62,000 nt of DNA from the NCBI RefSeq assembly GCF_018350175.1, contig NC_058368.1:13454001-13516000 (forward strand), read 5' to 3'. The DNA comes from Felis catus. Its lineage: Eukaryota. This document shows positions 1 to 12,593 of this stretch, piece by piece (position 1 is the stretch's first letter; the number at the start of each line of letters is the position of its first letter). Both the position numbers and the translations under genes were made by a program. The notes beneath the pieces are model-generated. The model was given only the letters and a program-made list of their open reading frames with translations. It did no database searches and was not told the origin of the DNA.

Positions 1-872
1 ACAGTCATATGAGTTGGTATGGTCAGATCAGTCATTTTGAGTTAATGGGAGTTTTCTCTTTCTACCATACATTTAAGCATGAGACACAATGCCACCGGTA
101 TTATTGAACTCCAGGCTTAAATTCAAAATCTCGTTGTTTCTTGTGAATAATTCAACAACTTTATATCTTATAAATAAAAAAGAAAAGCTTGGTAAAACAA
201 GAAAAGGAAATGACAGAAAATTGAATCCAAGTCACCTTCTTTGATTTCTATTTTGTCTGCTTTTTAAAGGCAAACTGACTGGGGTTGAAGGAGATGTTGG
301 ATCTGGGATGAAAGGTAACAAAATGGAGAAGACAGAGTGGGGAGATGACACGTGTGAATCACCCTTGTCACTCACAGCTTTGTCTTTCCCTAGCTATTAT
401 TGCTAGAACCTGTTTGCTCAAAGGTCCAGCACCTTGTCTGGAGCCCAAGAATGACTTGAGGAAAACCACAAGCCATATTCCTGCTCAACGACAGTCTGAA
501 GTCAGAGGTTTGAAGAACAAGGCACACAGAATGGAATCTAACTCCTGCAGGACATCAAAAAAGGGAATTTCCAAGTCCTGTCTTGTACAACCCAGCTCTT
601 CAAATTAGCATACAATCATTTCAGCCTTTCTGAACACATTTTTTTAAACTTCAGAACAAACAATCAAACTGGTTCATGGATAATTTAGAATATTTTTGTA
701 AGGGTAACGTTGGTGTGTTTCCTTTGACTCGTGGAAATTAATGTTAAATTCATTAATTCCTTTTATATCTTGAAATTGTCCTTTTAATATAAAATTATTT
801 AATTGCTAAGTAACAAAAAAGTATTCTTTAAATCCTTCCGTTTATCTTAATTCTCTCAAAGGTTCACAATGT

Positions 873-1090
873 GAGGCGCCTGGGTGGCGCAGTCGGTTAA
901 GCGTCCGACTTCAGCCAGGTCATGATCTTGCGGTCCGTGAGTTGGAGCCCCCCGTCGGGCTCTGGGCTGATGGCTGGGAGCCTGGAGCCTGTTTCCGATT
1001 CTGTGTCTCCCTCTCTCTCTGCCCCTCCCCCGTTCATGCTCTGTCTCTCTCTGTCCCAAAAATAAATAAACGTTGAAAAAAAAAAAAAAA
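873..1090 (+). mobile_element. Young felid SINE (SINEC_Fc type)
   Basis: GGCGCCTGGGTGGCGCAGTCGGTTAAG head, (CT)n tract, A tail; TSD AAAGGTTCACAATGTGAG at 858-875 and 1088-1105. Confidence 0.97.
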
Positions 1091-1282
1091 GGTTCACAAT
1101 GTGAGAACATTCACCAAAGGTAATCACAGAGCCAATACAAGTTGAAAGGCATTCTAGAAATCCGGATGAAACATTTTAAAATTTGGCAAAAACGAGCATA
1201 ACATATCAGTTTCTGAAAAATAATACAAGTTGCTAAGTATTCTTGTGTCAGAGTTATCCAAGGAAACAAACAACATGATATA

Positions 1283-1591
1283 CAGCTGACCCTTGAACAA
1301 TACAGGTTCGAACTGCATAGATCACTTATATGTGGATTTTGTACAGTACTGTAAATGTATTTTCTTTTCCTTCTGATTTTCTTTTCTCTAGCTTCCTTTA
1401 TTGTAAGAAAACAGTATATAATACAGATAACATATAAAATACGTGTAAATCATCTGCTTAGGTTATCAGTAAAGCTGGTCAGTAGCAGTCTCTTATTACT
1501 TAAGTTTTGAGGGACTCGAAAGTTATACACAGATTTTTGACGGTACAGGGGGTTGGCACTCCTCACCCCCAAGTTGTTCAAGGGTCAACTG
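1283..1591. mobile_element. Tigger2a/MER28-like non-autonomous TcMar DNA transposon (MITE)
   Basis: TIRs CAGCTGACCCTTGAACAA ... TTGTTCAAGGGTCAACTG, TA target duplication on both sides. Confidence 0.9.
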
Positions 1592-1927
1592 TATATATAG
1601 AGAGAGATTTTAAGGAACTGGCTTACGGGACTTTGGAGACTGGCAAGTCTAAAACTGGTTAGGTCAGGCCAGCTAGCTACAGATTTCATTTTAGAGTTGA
1701 TGTTGCAGCTTTGAGTTTGAAATCTTTAGGGCAGACCATCAAGCTGAAAACTCAGGTAGAGTTTCTATGTTGCAGTTTTAATACAAAAATTTTTCTTCCT
1801 AAAACCTCAGACTTGCTCGTAAGGCCTTCAACTGTTTGGGTGAGGCCCACCCACTATATGGAGGGTAATCTGCTTTACTAAAAGCTTTCTGATTGTAAAT
1901 GCTAATCACACTTAAAAAACATCTTTA

Positions 1928-2149
1928 GGGGCGCCTGGGTGGCGCAGTCGGTTAAGCGTCCGACTTCAGCCAGGTCACGATCTCGTGGTCCGTGAGTTCG
2001 AGCCCTGCGTCAGGCTCTGGGCTGATGGCTCAGAGCCTGGAGCCTGTTTCCGATTCTGTGTCTCCCTCTCTCTCTGCCCCTCCCCCATTCATGCTCTGTC
2101 TCTCTCTGTCCCAAAAATAAATAAACGTTGAAAAAAAAATTAAAAAAAA
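1928..2149 (+). mobile_element. Young felid SINE (SINEC_Fc type)
   Basis: Full CpG-rich head to A tail; flanking AAAAAAC(C)ATCTTTA duplication. Confidence 0.97.
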
Positions 2150-2383
2150 CCATCTTTATAGCAACATCTGTATTGGTGTTTGACCAAGCACTGGACACCA
2201 TAGCCTAGATGAGTTGACGCACGAAATCAAACTATCACAGTGTTAAAAGCAGCTTGTGTGCTCAGAATAAAGAGTTGGAATTCCCTTAAACAATTACTTA
2301 CTTTCCCACAAGAAGCACTATCCATTATTAATTATCCAATAGAATCCTCATAGAAATAGATAACTGTCTTCAAGATAAGAACA

Positions 2384-2399
2384 TGTATGTATGTGTGTG

Positions 2400-2436
<37 letters not shown>
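2384..2436. repeat. (TG)n microsatellite
   Basis: Direct inspection. Confidence 0.95.
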
Positions 2437-2439
<3 letters not shown>

Positions 2440-2478
2440 AGAGGGAGTTAGCAAAATGATTACTAATGACTTTAATGG

Positions 2479-2670
2479 TTTTTTTTTTTTTTTTTGAGAA
2501 TGAAGGACAGAGTGCGAGTGGGGGAGGGGCAGAGACAGAGAGGCAGACACAGAATCTGGAGCAGGCTCTAGGCTCTGAGCTGTCAGGTCAGAGCCCCACG
2601 CAGGGCTCAAACTCAAAGAGCACGAGATCATGACCTGAGCCGAAGCCTGACTGAGCCACCCAGGAGCCCC
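2479..2670 (-). mobile_element. Older felid SINE (SINEC_Fc2-like)
   Basis: Poly-T, AG-rich tract, GACACAGAATCTG, ends GAGCCACCCAGGAGCCCC. Confidence 0.93.
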
Positions 2671-3429
2671 AGATTAATAGTGACTTGAAGTTACAATTTC
2701 CATTTGATTATAAATTTTAAAACGCAGTACCTTTTATTCATTTGTTCTCTTAGTCTAGGGAATTTGATATATAAATAAATTTATACTACTGTTAAAACTT
2801 TTAAAAACTACTCTTAAAAACTGCAAAAAAAAAATGCTGGTTTTAAATTAAATGGTCTTCTGATACTGGTGGCTTATCTTGTAATGAACTAACCTCCATA
2901 CAGATAATTATTATAAATTCTGTTAAAAAAAAACCCAAAAAACATTTCATGACACAGAGAGTCTCTAAAGCAGATGTAGACTGCAGGTGGGAGGAAGGGG
3001 ACATGACAAAAGGAACTGCACTGAGCGAGAGCCACATTTATACAACTTCTCTCCCAAGGACACTCCCTTCCCTGTGAGGCACAGATGGTTAGAACTCTAG
3101 TAGAAAGTAGTGTTCTCATGAAGTGCTTCAATTATAAATTTCCTCTTGAAATTAAGGGGGAAATCCTGGAAAGGCGACAGCTAGAAGGCTAGGAGACAGA
3201 TCACCCAAAACCCATTTACAAATTACTGGTGAACAGTTTGCTGACCTCCGAACTGGATGTGCCCAAAGGAGACTGTAGAGGGTCCAGCAGAAAGCAGCAG
3301 CTGGAAGGGTAAAAGAACTTGATACATGTTCCAGCTGCTACCCAGCACAGAAAAGAAAGAATTTGGAGTGGGAGTCCTTCCAGGAACCTTGTAGACTAGA
3401 AGGAAAAACCTGAAGTATTAAAAGATTGC

Positions 3430-3800
3430 AATCTAATGTAGCCAATATGACTTTGCTGTGGGTTTTGATTTTGTCTCAGAAGACCAGATCAGTAACAAAG
3501 TGGGTAAATGTGGTCTAGACCACAGATGTGTGGGATTGATGGTTCACCACTTGGTGAACCATGATGAAGAATAATTGTCAGTGGATTTGCAGCCATAATC
3601 GACCTGTGTCAAGGGTAATAAGATATTTTCATCAAGATGCTATCAAGTAAAATAGGGATTGTTTTATAGAGTGACCAAATGGGACAAAGAGAAATAGTGA
3701 AGCTCGAGTCATAAAGATCCAGATTCAAATGGCCTTGATATGCTGGAGAAGTGGTTAGAATTTAGTAGAATGTGATTCAGTGGACAAATGCTTAGGAAAG
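3430..3800 (+). mobile_element. L3/CR1 LINE reverse-transcriptase fragment (ancient)
   Basis: Degenerate CR1 RT motifs (DF...FD.VS, KCGLD, IQ..LD.LEKW, M.F..DKC) across frameshifts. Confidence 0.65.
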
Positions 3801-3849
3801 TGGATGAGAAAGTGTGAGAACATATAACAAAGCAAGTGATAGACTAAGA

Positions 3850-4310
3850 GAGTGATTCTTAAAACTTTGGTCTCAGAACCCTTTCATTACCCCCAAAAAA
3901 CTATTGTGAATTTCAAAGAGTTTTATTTGTATGAATGATATATATTAGAAATTAAAATTGAGGAATTTTGCAGTATATTTAATTCATTTCAAAGTAACGG
4001 TAATATCATTGTGTATAAACACAAATAACATTTTTGTGAAAACTAAAGTAGCAACTGGCAAGCATGGCATTATTTTACATTTTTGCAAGTCTTCTTAATA
4101 TCTAGCCTACCAGATGACAGCTGGGGTCTCCTGTATGATTTTATAGTCAATTTGTTGAAATATAACATATCATGTAGCTTCTGGAAAATTCCACCCTACA
4201 CTCATGAAAGATCGTAAGTGAAAACTGGAAATGCCCATCTTATTTTGATGTAGTTTTGAATTTGTAGACCATCTGAAATGGTCTCAAGGGCTCCTTGGAA
4301 TACCTTCATA
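3850..4310 (+). mobile_element. Charlie4a-like hAT MITE
   Basis: Starts with AAACTTTGGTCTCAGAACCCTTT..; internal GCATTATTTTACATTTTTGCAAG resembles recalled Charlie4a consensus. Confidence 0.65.
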
Positions 4311-4616
4311 GAGAATTCACATGGAACATGAGCACTTTCACACTCTAGGTCACTTCCGAGACTTCCTCTGACTTTTTTTTAGGCCTCCTTATCACCAGTC
4401 TTTCAGTCTTCTTTCTTACATATTTCAGGCCATCCCACAGAATCACTAATAACTTTCCATGAATCTATATATCTCCACATCTCTGGCCATCTCCCTTTCT
4501 AAGCAAAGTGGACAAATAGACGTTATCACTTGAAATTCCAACCACTGGGAGAATTTCCCTTCTTAGGCATTCTTGGGGGATGTTCCTAAAATAACGTAAA
4601 AAACTGCAATATCCCT

Positions 4617-4849
4617 GGGGCACCTGGGTGGTTCAGTCGGTTAAGCCTCTGACTTCAGCTCAGGTCACGATCTCATGGTCTGTGAGTTTGAGCCCTGCAT
4701 TGGGCTCTGTGCTGACAGCTCAGAGCCCAAAGCCTGCTTCAGATTCTGTATCTCTTTTCTGCCTCTGCCCCCCTGCTCATGCTTCTGTCTCTGTCTCTCT
4801 CTCTCTCTCAAAAGTAAATAAACATTAAAAATTTTTTTAAATAAAAAAA
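4617..4849 (+). mobile_element. Older felid SINE (SINEC_Fc2-like)
   Basis: GGGGCACCTGGGTGGTTCAGTCGG head, (CT)n, A-rich tail; degenerate TSD. Confidence 0.95.
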
Positions 4850-5604
4850 CCTCAGTATCCCACTTTGGACTGATTTTAACATATTGCATGGAACTATCTC
4901 TAAAACAGGCTTGAATATTCTCCTCAGTTCCCATGTGGTCATAGGTTTAGAGTGAGGGAGAGGTGAGTAATGAAGCAAAAATAGAGGCACCAACACTATG
5001 AACCACTGGATCTTGCAACATACTGGTGCCCTCAACACCTACTCAAACTTAATTTTACAATTGATGATGATCAGCTACCCACATTTATGGCTCAGTGGGT
5101 CATATAATACCTTGCTTATGATAGAAACTCAATTTGCATGGTCACTTGGTATCTCTAGGGCCCAACAGCAAACCAAGATTTTTTTTCTGTAAAAAAGAAC
5201 AAATATTTTCTTAGAAAAGTACAGTTCTGCTCCAAAACTCAAGGGACTTGCACTGTGATTCTCCTAATGGGTCTTCCCATAAGATCCCTAGAGTATCCCA
5301 ATCTATCATAGTGAATTTCGAACAATGTTAGATTCGCCATGATATAGCGTCCAAGGAGTAAAGCTGCTTACAACGCAGCCTGGTTTAGTTGCTCCCAAAT
5401 GTGATAAATTGTTGCTTTCAAAATCCCCAAAGTTCCTTCCTTAAGTGGTGGGAGTTTTGCAAACTTGTCTTTCACTTTGGATGTAATATCCTAACATGTC
5501 CTACATGTATTACAGGAGTAACCAGAAATTTCTCTGAGATGACAGGCACATAAATTTTCATTGGGTTTATATTCCACCCTGGACAGGAATATATCTTCCC
5601 AGGC

Positions 5605-6133
5605 GTTAGAGCCTATTGTTATGTAACAAATCACTCCAAAACTCCGTGACTTCAAACAACAACAATCATTTCATTATTTTTCAAGCTTTTGGTGAGTCAC
5701 AAATGTGAGAAAAGTTTGGCTGGGCAGTTCTGGCTCAGGATCTCTCATGTAGTTGCAGTTTGATTCTGGCTAGAATTGGAACAGATTGGGTAGTGAAGCA
5801 GCTGGAGGAGGGCCAGGCAACTCTCTCTTCATGCAGCCCACTGTCTGTATTATCTCTCCATTGCCTTGTAGCACAGAGGTCTTCAGGTTATATTGAAGGT
5901 GAAGGCATTTTATTCTACTGAGTAGAATGGAAATCATTTCATATTTTATGACCTAGCCTAATAGGACACCTGGCACCACTTCTGGTTGAAGCAGCTAGAA
6001 AATCCCACCCAGCTTCAGGGAAGGGAACATAGATCCCATCTCTAAGTGGGAAGAGCGTCAGAATCCCATTGGAAGAAAAGTAGGTGGGGCTGGAGATATT
6101 GCTGCAGACTTTTTGGGAAAATACAATCTTCCA
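5605..6133 (-). mobile_element. MaLR LTR (MLT1F/G/H group)
   Basis: GTAACAAATCACTCCAAAAC..AAACAACA start, GGCTGGGCAGTTCTGGCTCAGG, GGAAAATACAATCT end. Confidence 0.75.
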
Positions 6134-9100
6134 AGCCAGATATCAAGGGCATGTACTAATTCAAGATATTATTAATATAGGGGACCAGAGTAGGGTGGAC
6201 TGATGAGATGATCATGGCTTAAATTACAGTAGTCAGTGGAAGAGTTGCATTGTTCTGAGGTAAAATGGCCAACGTGTACTGCTATGCCTTTTGGGTGAAA
6301 GTGGATTACTTCTGAAATTCTCTGTTTATTAGAATAGTTTCAGAAAACCGTTTTCCAGAAAAATAGTTGCATAGCAGATGTTGGGTAGTGATGATTTATT
6401 TTACCAGAAAGACTTCACCTAGAACAATAGGTATAATTTCAATCACCACCTGATTGGTTTATAATAGTCTCCTAGAACCTTTCATCTTCTCCATGGAGAA
6501 AGAGGTGACTTGTTTGGAAATAAAATAGACTCTGAGTAAAATAATCTCTGAGTATTTTACATCTTTGGATGGGGTGCTAATGTCTGTTGAAGTTCACCTT
6601 GGGATGCAGTACTGCTTATATTAGACATTTATAATAGTCTTATGTTTGCCCCCTGCCCCCCAGTTGCCTTCGATCCTTTTGTCAGAGTTATGCTGGGGAA
6701 TTTGCCAGCAGCCAAGTTTGTCTTTACAACGATTCCTTCAGGAACCAAAGAAATAACTATGGAATAACAACGTACATGGACATTGGGACCCACTGTGAGA
6801 CAGGCTTTGGTCCAAACTCCACTTAACCCCTGACCCACTAAAAGCCTCCCTGGTGGCTTTCTGTGTCTTAAAGGATTCACATAATTCAAAATCAGTGATC
6901 AATAATCCCCACAGTTTCTTGATATTTATTTCCCCAATTCAGAGGGTTTTTTTCTTTTCTTTTCTTTTTTTCTTTTCTTTTTTAGCAAGTAGCTATAGAT
7001 CTCTTTGAGAATGCATAAAAGAAAACTTATACAATATATAATTATTTCCAAGTCTTAGGATCTGTCCACAAGCATTTGTGAATTAATTCATATCTGGGTA
7101 TCAAGTGACCATGACCATCACTAATATGCCCCGAATCACACCTTCATTTCTAGTTTTACATTTGTTTTTTTGTTTGTTTGGGGTCTCATAAATCAAGCAA
7201 GGCTTTACAAGCCTACACATGTTTTAGAGTCCCAGGGATCCCATGATCAATTAACCACCAACAAAGATCTTTACAGGCCAAACTATTGTGATTACTGTAC
7301 TAGCCTACCTACTATTTCTTTCAGTAACAGACAACCGTTTCCTGGTGATTAATTACTGTGGCTGGTACTCTGCCACATGGAAATGCCATCAAACTTTAAG
7401 TCAGAGAACCTGTTTCAAAGCCAGGATCTTCTGAAGCTTGTACTTGAGCCTATCGGAGACGTTTGTCAAAATGTCTGAGAATTTTACAAAAATATTTGTT
7501 TTTACATAGCTAATACATATTTTAGTCCTTGGTTAGGGAAGTGTCATTGGGGCCCTTTCTGGGTACATGGTAAAGCAGAAGGTGAAAGTCAAACTCATTT
7601 AAACTCAATTAAAAATTAAGCAAAACTCAATTAAAAATTCTTATCTGCCTAAGCCTTTGGATTCTTCCTTTTCATTATCTGAGGAATTTCTAGTAACTCA
7701 AACTCATTTTGTATAAGCATCATTGAAACTAGCTGGAAACAAAAAAAGGTAGAGTTTTGGCCCAACACTGTCTCACAGTGAGCTGCAGTGTCCAATACCC
7801 CCAAGATTATTTCTCAAGTGTATTGAATTGTACTGCAAAACCCAATATGCAAAGAATTACATTCTCCATATTACTTTGAGGTTAAGGTTTGGAATACTAG
7901 TCAAATACATTTGTGCCTACTAGAAGCACTGAGGGGAGATTTGAAGGAAGAGAGAATAAAAGTAGATCATTAGCTATATATAGTATAAAAGCCATTAAAG
8001 GCAAATATCAAAATAAATTGAGCTGAGATCCAGACCTTTGAAACATTTTATCATAAAGTATAAAACTGAGATTTTTCTAAATTTTCAGATCACCCAGAGC
8101 AAAAAGTGAGAGTTTTATGGAGTGTCAATAAAATGAAATAAATTTTGTTAAGTTTTTATTTTTCTGTATAGTTGATAATATCCACACTACTGTAGTAGTG
8201 TAATTGACAAAATAAATGCGAAGAGAAAGGATATTTGCTTTAAAAAGTTTACCAACGAAATGCATTTCCAAAACATTTGAACACTACTGATCTAGAAGAC
8301 AGAGCACTATGCCGGAAATTACCATGTACAATACTTCAGTTTAAAAAGCAAACAAAATTCATATACATATTTATGAATGCATATTTGTATTCGCATGCAT
8401 ATTTCTGTAAGTGCTGTTATTATTAGACAATTCAGTGCCAATGGCCTAACTTTAAAACCTTCATCCGATATGAACATATAACTGCTTACTTGTATACTTG
8501 GAAAGTGACTTATGTCCATTCACTGAATCTACAATTTTGACAACCAGTGCCATGATAATGATGTAAGTTAAGAAAAAATTAATCAATGTTCTCCTTCAAA
8601 AGAGATTTGAATAATGTATGTAACAGGTATGATAAACAGTGGACCAGAAAGACCAGGTAAACCCTATCAGACACACTTCAAATCCTGCATTGGGTTTTCA
8701 GCCAGATTTCTAGACATGCAAAACCCTTCTTATTAAACAAAAAGACTTAATCTCAAAGATGAATCTTCCAACTCTCATTGCTCATCATACGGTCTTGTGA
8801 TGGGCATAAGAACAGCAGTCCTGAAGATTATTTCTATAAAAATAATTCTGGAAAGAACACAAGGAAAGAACGCAGATCTTTTATATTAAATCAATTACAC
8901 CAATGAATATTAGGCAAAACCAGATAGTTTTCCTAAGAAATCTAAATCACCTAATGGTAATGCATTAAGACAGTGAGCATAATACAAAAAAATACAATGT
9001 CATGTACAGTACTTTTCCATAACCTTTCTTCTTTTCTCAAAAATGAAATTGGAATTGCTGAATAGCAAGAGCAGATCTATTTTTTCCGGAGCCATATTTT

Positions 9101-9849
9101 TTAAAGTCACCATTTAATAGAGACCCTTTATCTTAAATGCCCCTATTCCTCAAAAGTTATATATTTTTCCTTGACCTTTTCATCACCTTACCAGAGTAGA
9201 GATGATGAAACTTGGGACATAAAATCATTAGCCAAAATGACCTCATATAGAGATACTCAAATCATAATAGGATATGGATATTGAATGATTAGGGTTTATG
9301 GATATCTAAAATATTTTTAACAGACTCTCTCCAGTTTTTTCCCCATTATACTGATCCTTAAAAATGCAATAAAAAGCTAAAATAAAGTGAAGCACTGTAT
9401 CTGCTAATCTAAAATAAATCAGATACACTGAAAATTTAGACTAGAGGAAGACCACCTAAATGGTAAAGGTGTCTTCTTAGAAATAATTCACTCTATAGAA
9501 ACCTACAGAAACAAGTTTCTTAACACAAGCCAATAACCACCTCCATGCATCTGAATATTGCTCACTCTGACATGTGCTACTTTGAACTGATGTGGAAAAT
9601 TTGAAAACTGTATGCTTCAGGCAGGTTGACTCCCCTCTAGACTTTTCATTGTTCCAATACTGTCTTATACTATGTAATATGAATTACATAAGTAGCATAT
9701 ATTTGAGTAACAAGGGACTGTGATTCATAACAAATGGTGAAATGCCCTTCTCTGCCAGTGATCAAAGTTTTCTAGTCCTGGCAGGGTAAGGACTCTGTTT
9801 TCTCCTATATTTTCCTATGGTTTCTCCTATATTTTTCCATGGATGATAA

Positions 9850-10102
9850 TGGTAACAAAGCAACAGCAACCCAACACTCTTACTCAGTTCTTATGGTGCC
9901 AGAAGTTTTAGCATTTAGTGTATAATTCACTCTCAGAACAACTCTAGAAGGTAGGTATTATTACAGGGCACTAGTACAGGTGAGGAAATGAAGGCTAAAG
10001 GGAAGTTAAGCAGATCCCCCCAGAGTCAAACACCTGTAAGTGTCAGATGCACACCTTGAGCTATCTGATCCCAAAGTTCATGCTCTTAACCACTACATTG
10101 TA
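9850..10102 (-). mobile_element. MIR SINE
   Basis: Core ACAGGTGAGGAAATGAAGGCT and TGCTCTTAACCACTA end. Confidence 0.8.
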
Positions 10103-10479
10103 TGGAGCCTCCTGGAAATGAAATGTCATAACTAATACCAAGGGGAGAATAGCTTTTATAGAGTCTGATGTTCACCTCTACTTTTTTTTTCCTATACAAT
10201 TCTAATAAAGACACAAATGGTCCTGAGGTGAGTTCTTTTCAGACCTCTCATGTTGCTCTTGATGAGTGCTTGCAGAGATCATGGCTTCCTTTTTCTCTGC
10301 CATTCTGCAAATGGGTTGTGTGTGATAAGGCAATACCCAGAATCCAGACCCTCTCTCCAAGGCTCATGCAAGCCCAGAACTGAAGAAATTCTGGGGATAG
10401 TTAGGAGAGTAAGATTGAAGAAAATACAAATTTATACAGTACGTTTTCCTCAGGTCAAAGTGGACAGAATTATAGTCTT

Positions 10480-11450
10480 TAATACATTGTTTATAAAATG
10501 TACATTCGTTATGAAATTGTTCTATAAAAATAATGAATTATAAAACTAAAGGGGTATTTATAAAGAAACTTCATTAAAATTTCCCTTTGAATATCGACAA
10601 TGGTATTTACCTATGAATATTATCCAATGAACAGATATTTTTAGTATTTTTTAAGAGATAGCATATTATTTGACCAATGTCAGGAACACATTTATTTCAT
10701 AAATATTTCATATTTACTAAATCAACTCAAGTAGATTTTTTTTTATTACCAGCTTAAGATACTTGTATATTTAACCATTAAAACATGAGAGAATGTTTTA
10801 AATTGCATTTTTTCAGTGATTTGCAGGGAATTCAGGTAGGGGCGGCTATGAAAAATGAGCCCATCTTCCTAGTTTGCAGTGCATTATATATAAATAAAAT
10901 TAAACTTGTCAATAGATAAGACTAGTCACTAAATAATGGTCATTGAATGAAAAAAAATTAAATCTGTTTGCATCAAAGTAATACCATTTGGCAGACGATG
11001 TTAATGAAAAATAAATGTTTTGTTCTATACATTTTTTGAGTTTATCAAACACATGTACCATATCTAAAGATATCTTTTTACACAAGTCTTTTCTGCTACA
11101 TTCTCTTCCTTATCAAACTTCACATAAGCAGCAAATTAATGTGTCTGATGTGACAGCCTAACCACTTGATCTTTTCTGAATCCAAAAAAAGATGAAGATT
11201 TTGGACTTTTCCCTGAATGAAGTCCTCAGTGTGATATAGACAAAAACTCCCACCTATTTCATCATCTTCCTTTTTGGTACAATATAATCCTGGAATGGTA
11301 ATCCTGGCCAAGATCTCATTACATAGGTATATGACTGGCAATGTGCTCTAACAGCAAGGGCTCGGTTAACACTTTCACAGTTCCAAATATATATATGTTC
11401 TTCAGGAAAAGTGACAGTAGGCCTTAGCAAATTCAATCTCATTGAAAATT
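10480..11450 (-). mobile_element. Highly degenerate hAT (Charlie-like) transposase fragment
   Basis: Frameshifted minus-strand pieces (T.FPEEHI, LCNEILARI, KVQ...FFWIQ, AAYVKFDKEE) in the order of Charlie motifs HTIGEELI / PLSNDTI.RRI / FAIQLDES / LAYVRY; weak match. Confidence 0.4.
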
Positions 11451-11989
11451 ATTCTATAAGGCACATAATAAAAATGCATTGACATGAAAAATTGTGCAGA
11501 ATGGACACAAACACAAAATAATCCAGTGAGCAGACATATTCTGGGCTATAGTATGCAAGGTTGGTGAGATCCACGGAAAGTAAAATATTGCCAGATCCCC
11601 TCCCTCTGGTTCATCTATCATGCACATTCTCATTACATCAGTTCATGTGATATTGATGCTGTTTTTGTCATTTTCCTCATTACCGGTCTGAACGTGACTA
11701 AAAAAGATGATAATAGCAAGGTTTTAGGTGCGAATTTTAGCATAAGAAAATTATTTGGAACAGAACATCTAAAAAAATTGGAAGTATGAAAGTATTTTTA
11801 ATCTATATAAAATTCAAATGGAAAGCCATTTTTTAACTGAATTTTCCTAGGATATAGCAAAGTATTTCAGAACCATGCCATAATCTTAAGAAGTCCAAAC
11901 AGTTGGGCTCTAATGTGTAGCTGGTGTTTTCAGTGGGAATGGAGTATGGGCATTTATCTCAATGGAGAACATTTTTCAAAATAAGGGCT

Positions 11990-12198
11990 GGGGCACCTGG
12001 TTGGCTCAGTCAGTTAAGCATCCAACTGCAGCTCAGGTCATGATTTTATGGTTTGTGGGTTCAAGCCCTGCGTCGGACTGTGTGCTGACAGCTCAGAGCC
12101 TGGAACCTGCTTCAGATTCTGTGTCTCCCTCTCTCTCTGCCCCTCCCCCACTTAGGCTCTGTCTCTCTCTCTCTCTCTCAAAAATAAACACTAATAAA
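11990..12198 (+). mobile_element. Older felid SINE (SINEC_Fc2-like)
   Basis: Full length; TSD AAAATAAGGGCTG at 11978-11990 and 12199-12211. Confidence 0.96.
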
Positions 12199-12593
12199 AA
12201 AATAAGGGCTGAACCCACATTTCTACCCACTGCTCTTTCTTATCTCTTGAATTTCTTTAAAGTTACATAAGCAGCTCATCTAAATTATCAAGAATGCCAC
12301 TAAAATAAGACATCTTTTAAATCTCTCTCATCCATCACTGCCAAAGAGATTGTCCCACCAAAGAAATTTGAACATATTACTTTCCATTTTCTGCAAAACA
12401 TTCCCTGCCCCATGACCCACTCCGAGTTTCCTCAGCCCACTGACAGTGTAGTCTCCTCTCTCCATAATACAAAACCAAAAGGATAGGCTTTGAGCCTGAA
12501 AGACAAAAAAATATTCTCTGCCTTAACCAGGGCACGTGGCACATACCTGAAATGTGGCAAAAGGCTGAAGACGACATTCTCAGTATCTCACAG

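Larger units (their letters stand above)
1237..2239 (-). mobile_element. MLT2-type (ERVL) solo LTR, interrupted by a Tigger2 MITE and a SINE
   Basis: MLT2-like motifs GCCTTCAACTG..TGAGGCCCACCCAC..GAGGGTAATCTGCTTTAC and ATAGCCTAG..GTTGAC..ACTATCACA. Confidence 0.8.
4310..7400 (-). mobile_element. Ancient ERVL internal region (gag-pro-pol remnant), interrupted by a SINE and an MLT1 LTR
   Basis: Minus-strand translations: gag-like NHNSLACKDLCWWLIDHGIP (~7230-7290); protease-like LTVGP..VISLVPEGIV (ORF 6629-6889); connection domain QAAL.AALLLG..PLGESQCKSLEFWS (~5220-5385); RNase H-like EGKFSQW, RWPEMWRY, DSW (~4390-4562). Confidence 0.8.

Noticed and set aside
873..960. tRNA genes
   Set aside because: The A/B boxes belong to tRNA-derived SINE heads; no standalone cloverleaf seen
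7601..7639. Short tandem duplications (AAACTCAATTAAAAATT twice; also ~9797-9842)
   Set aside because: Ordinary slippage duplications with no functional signal
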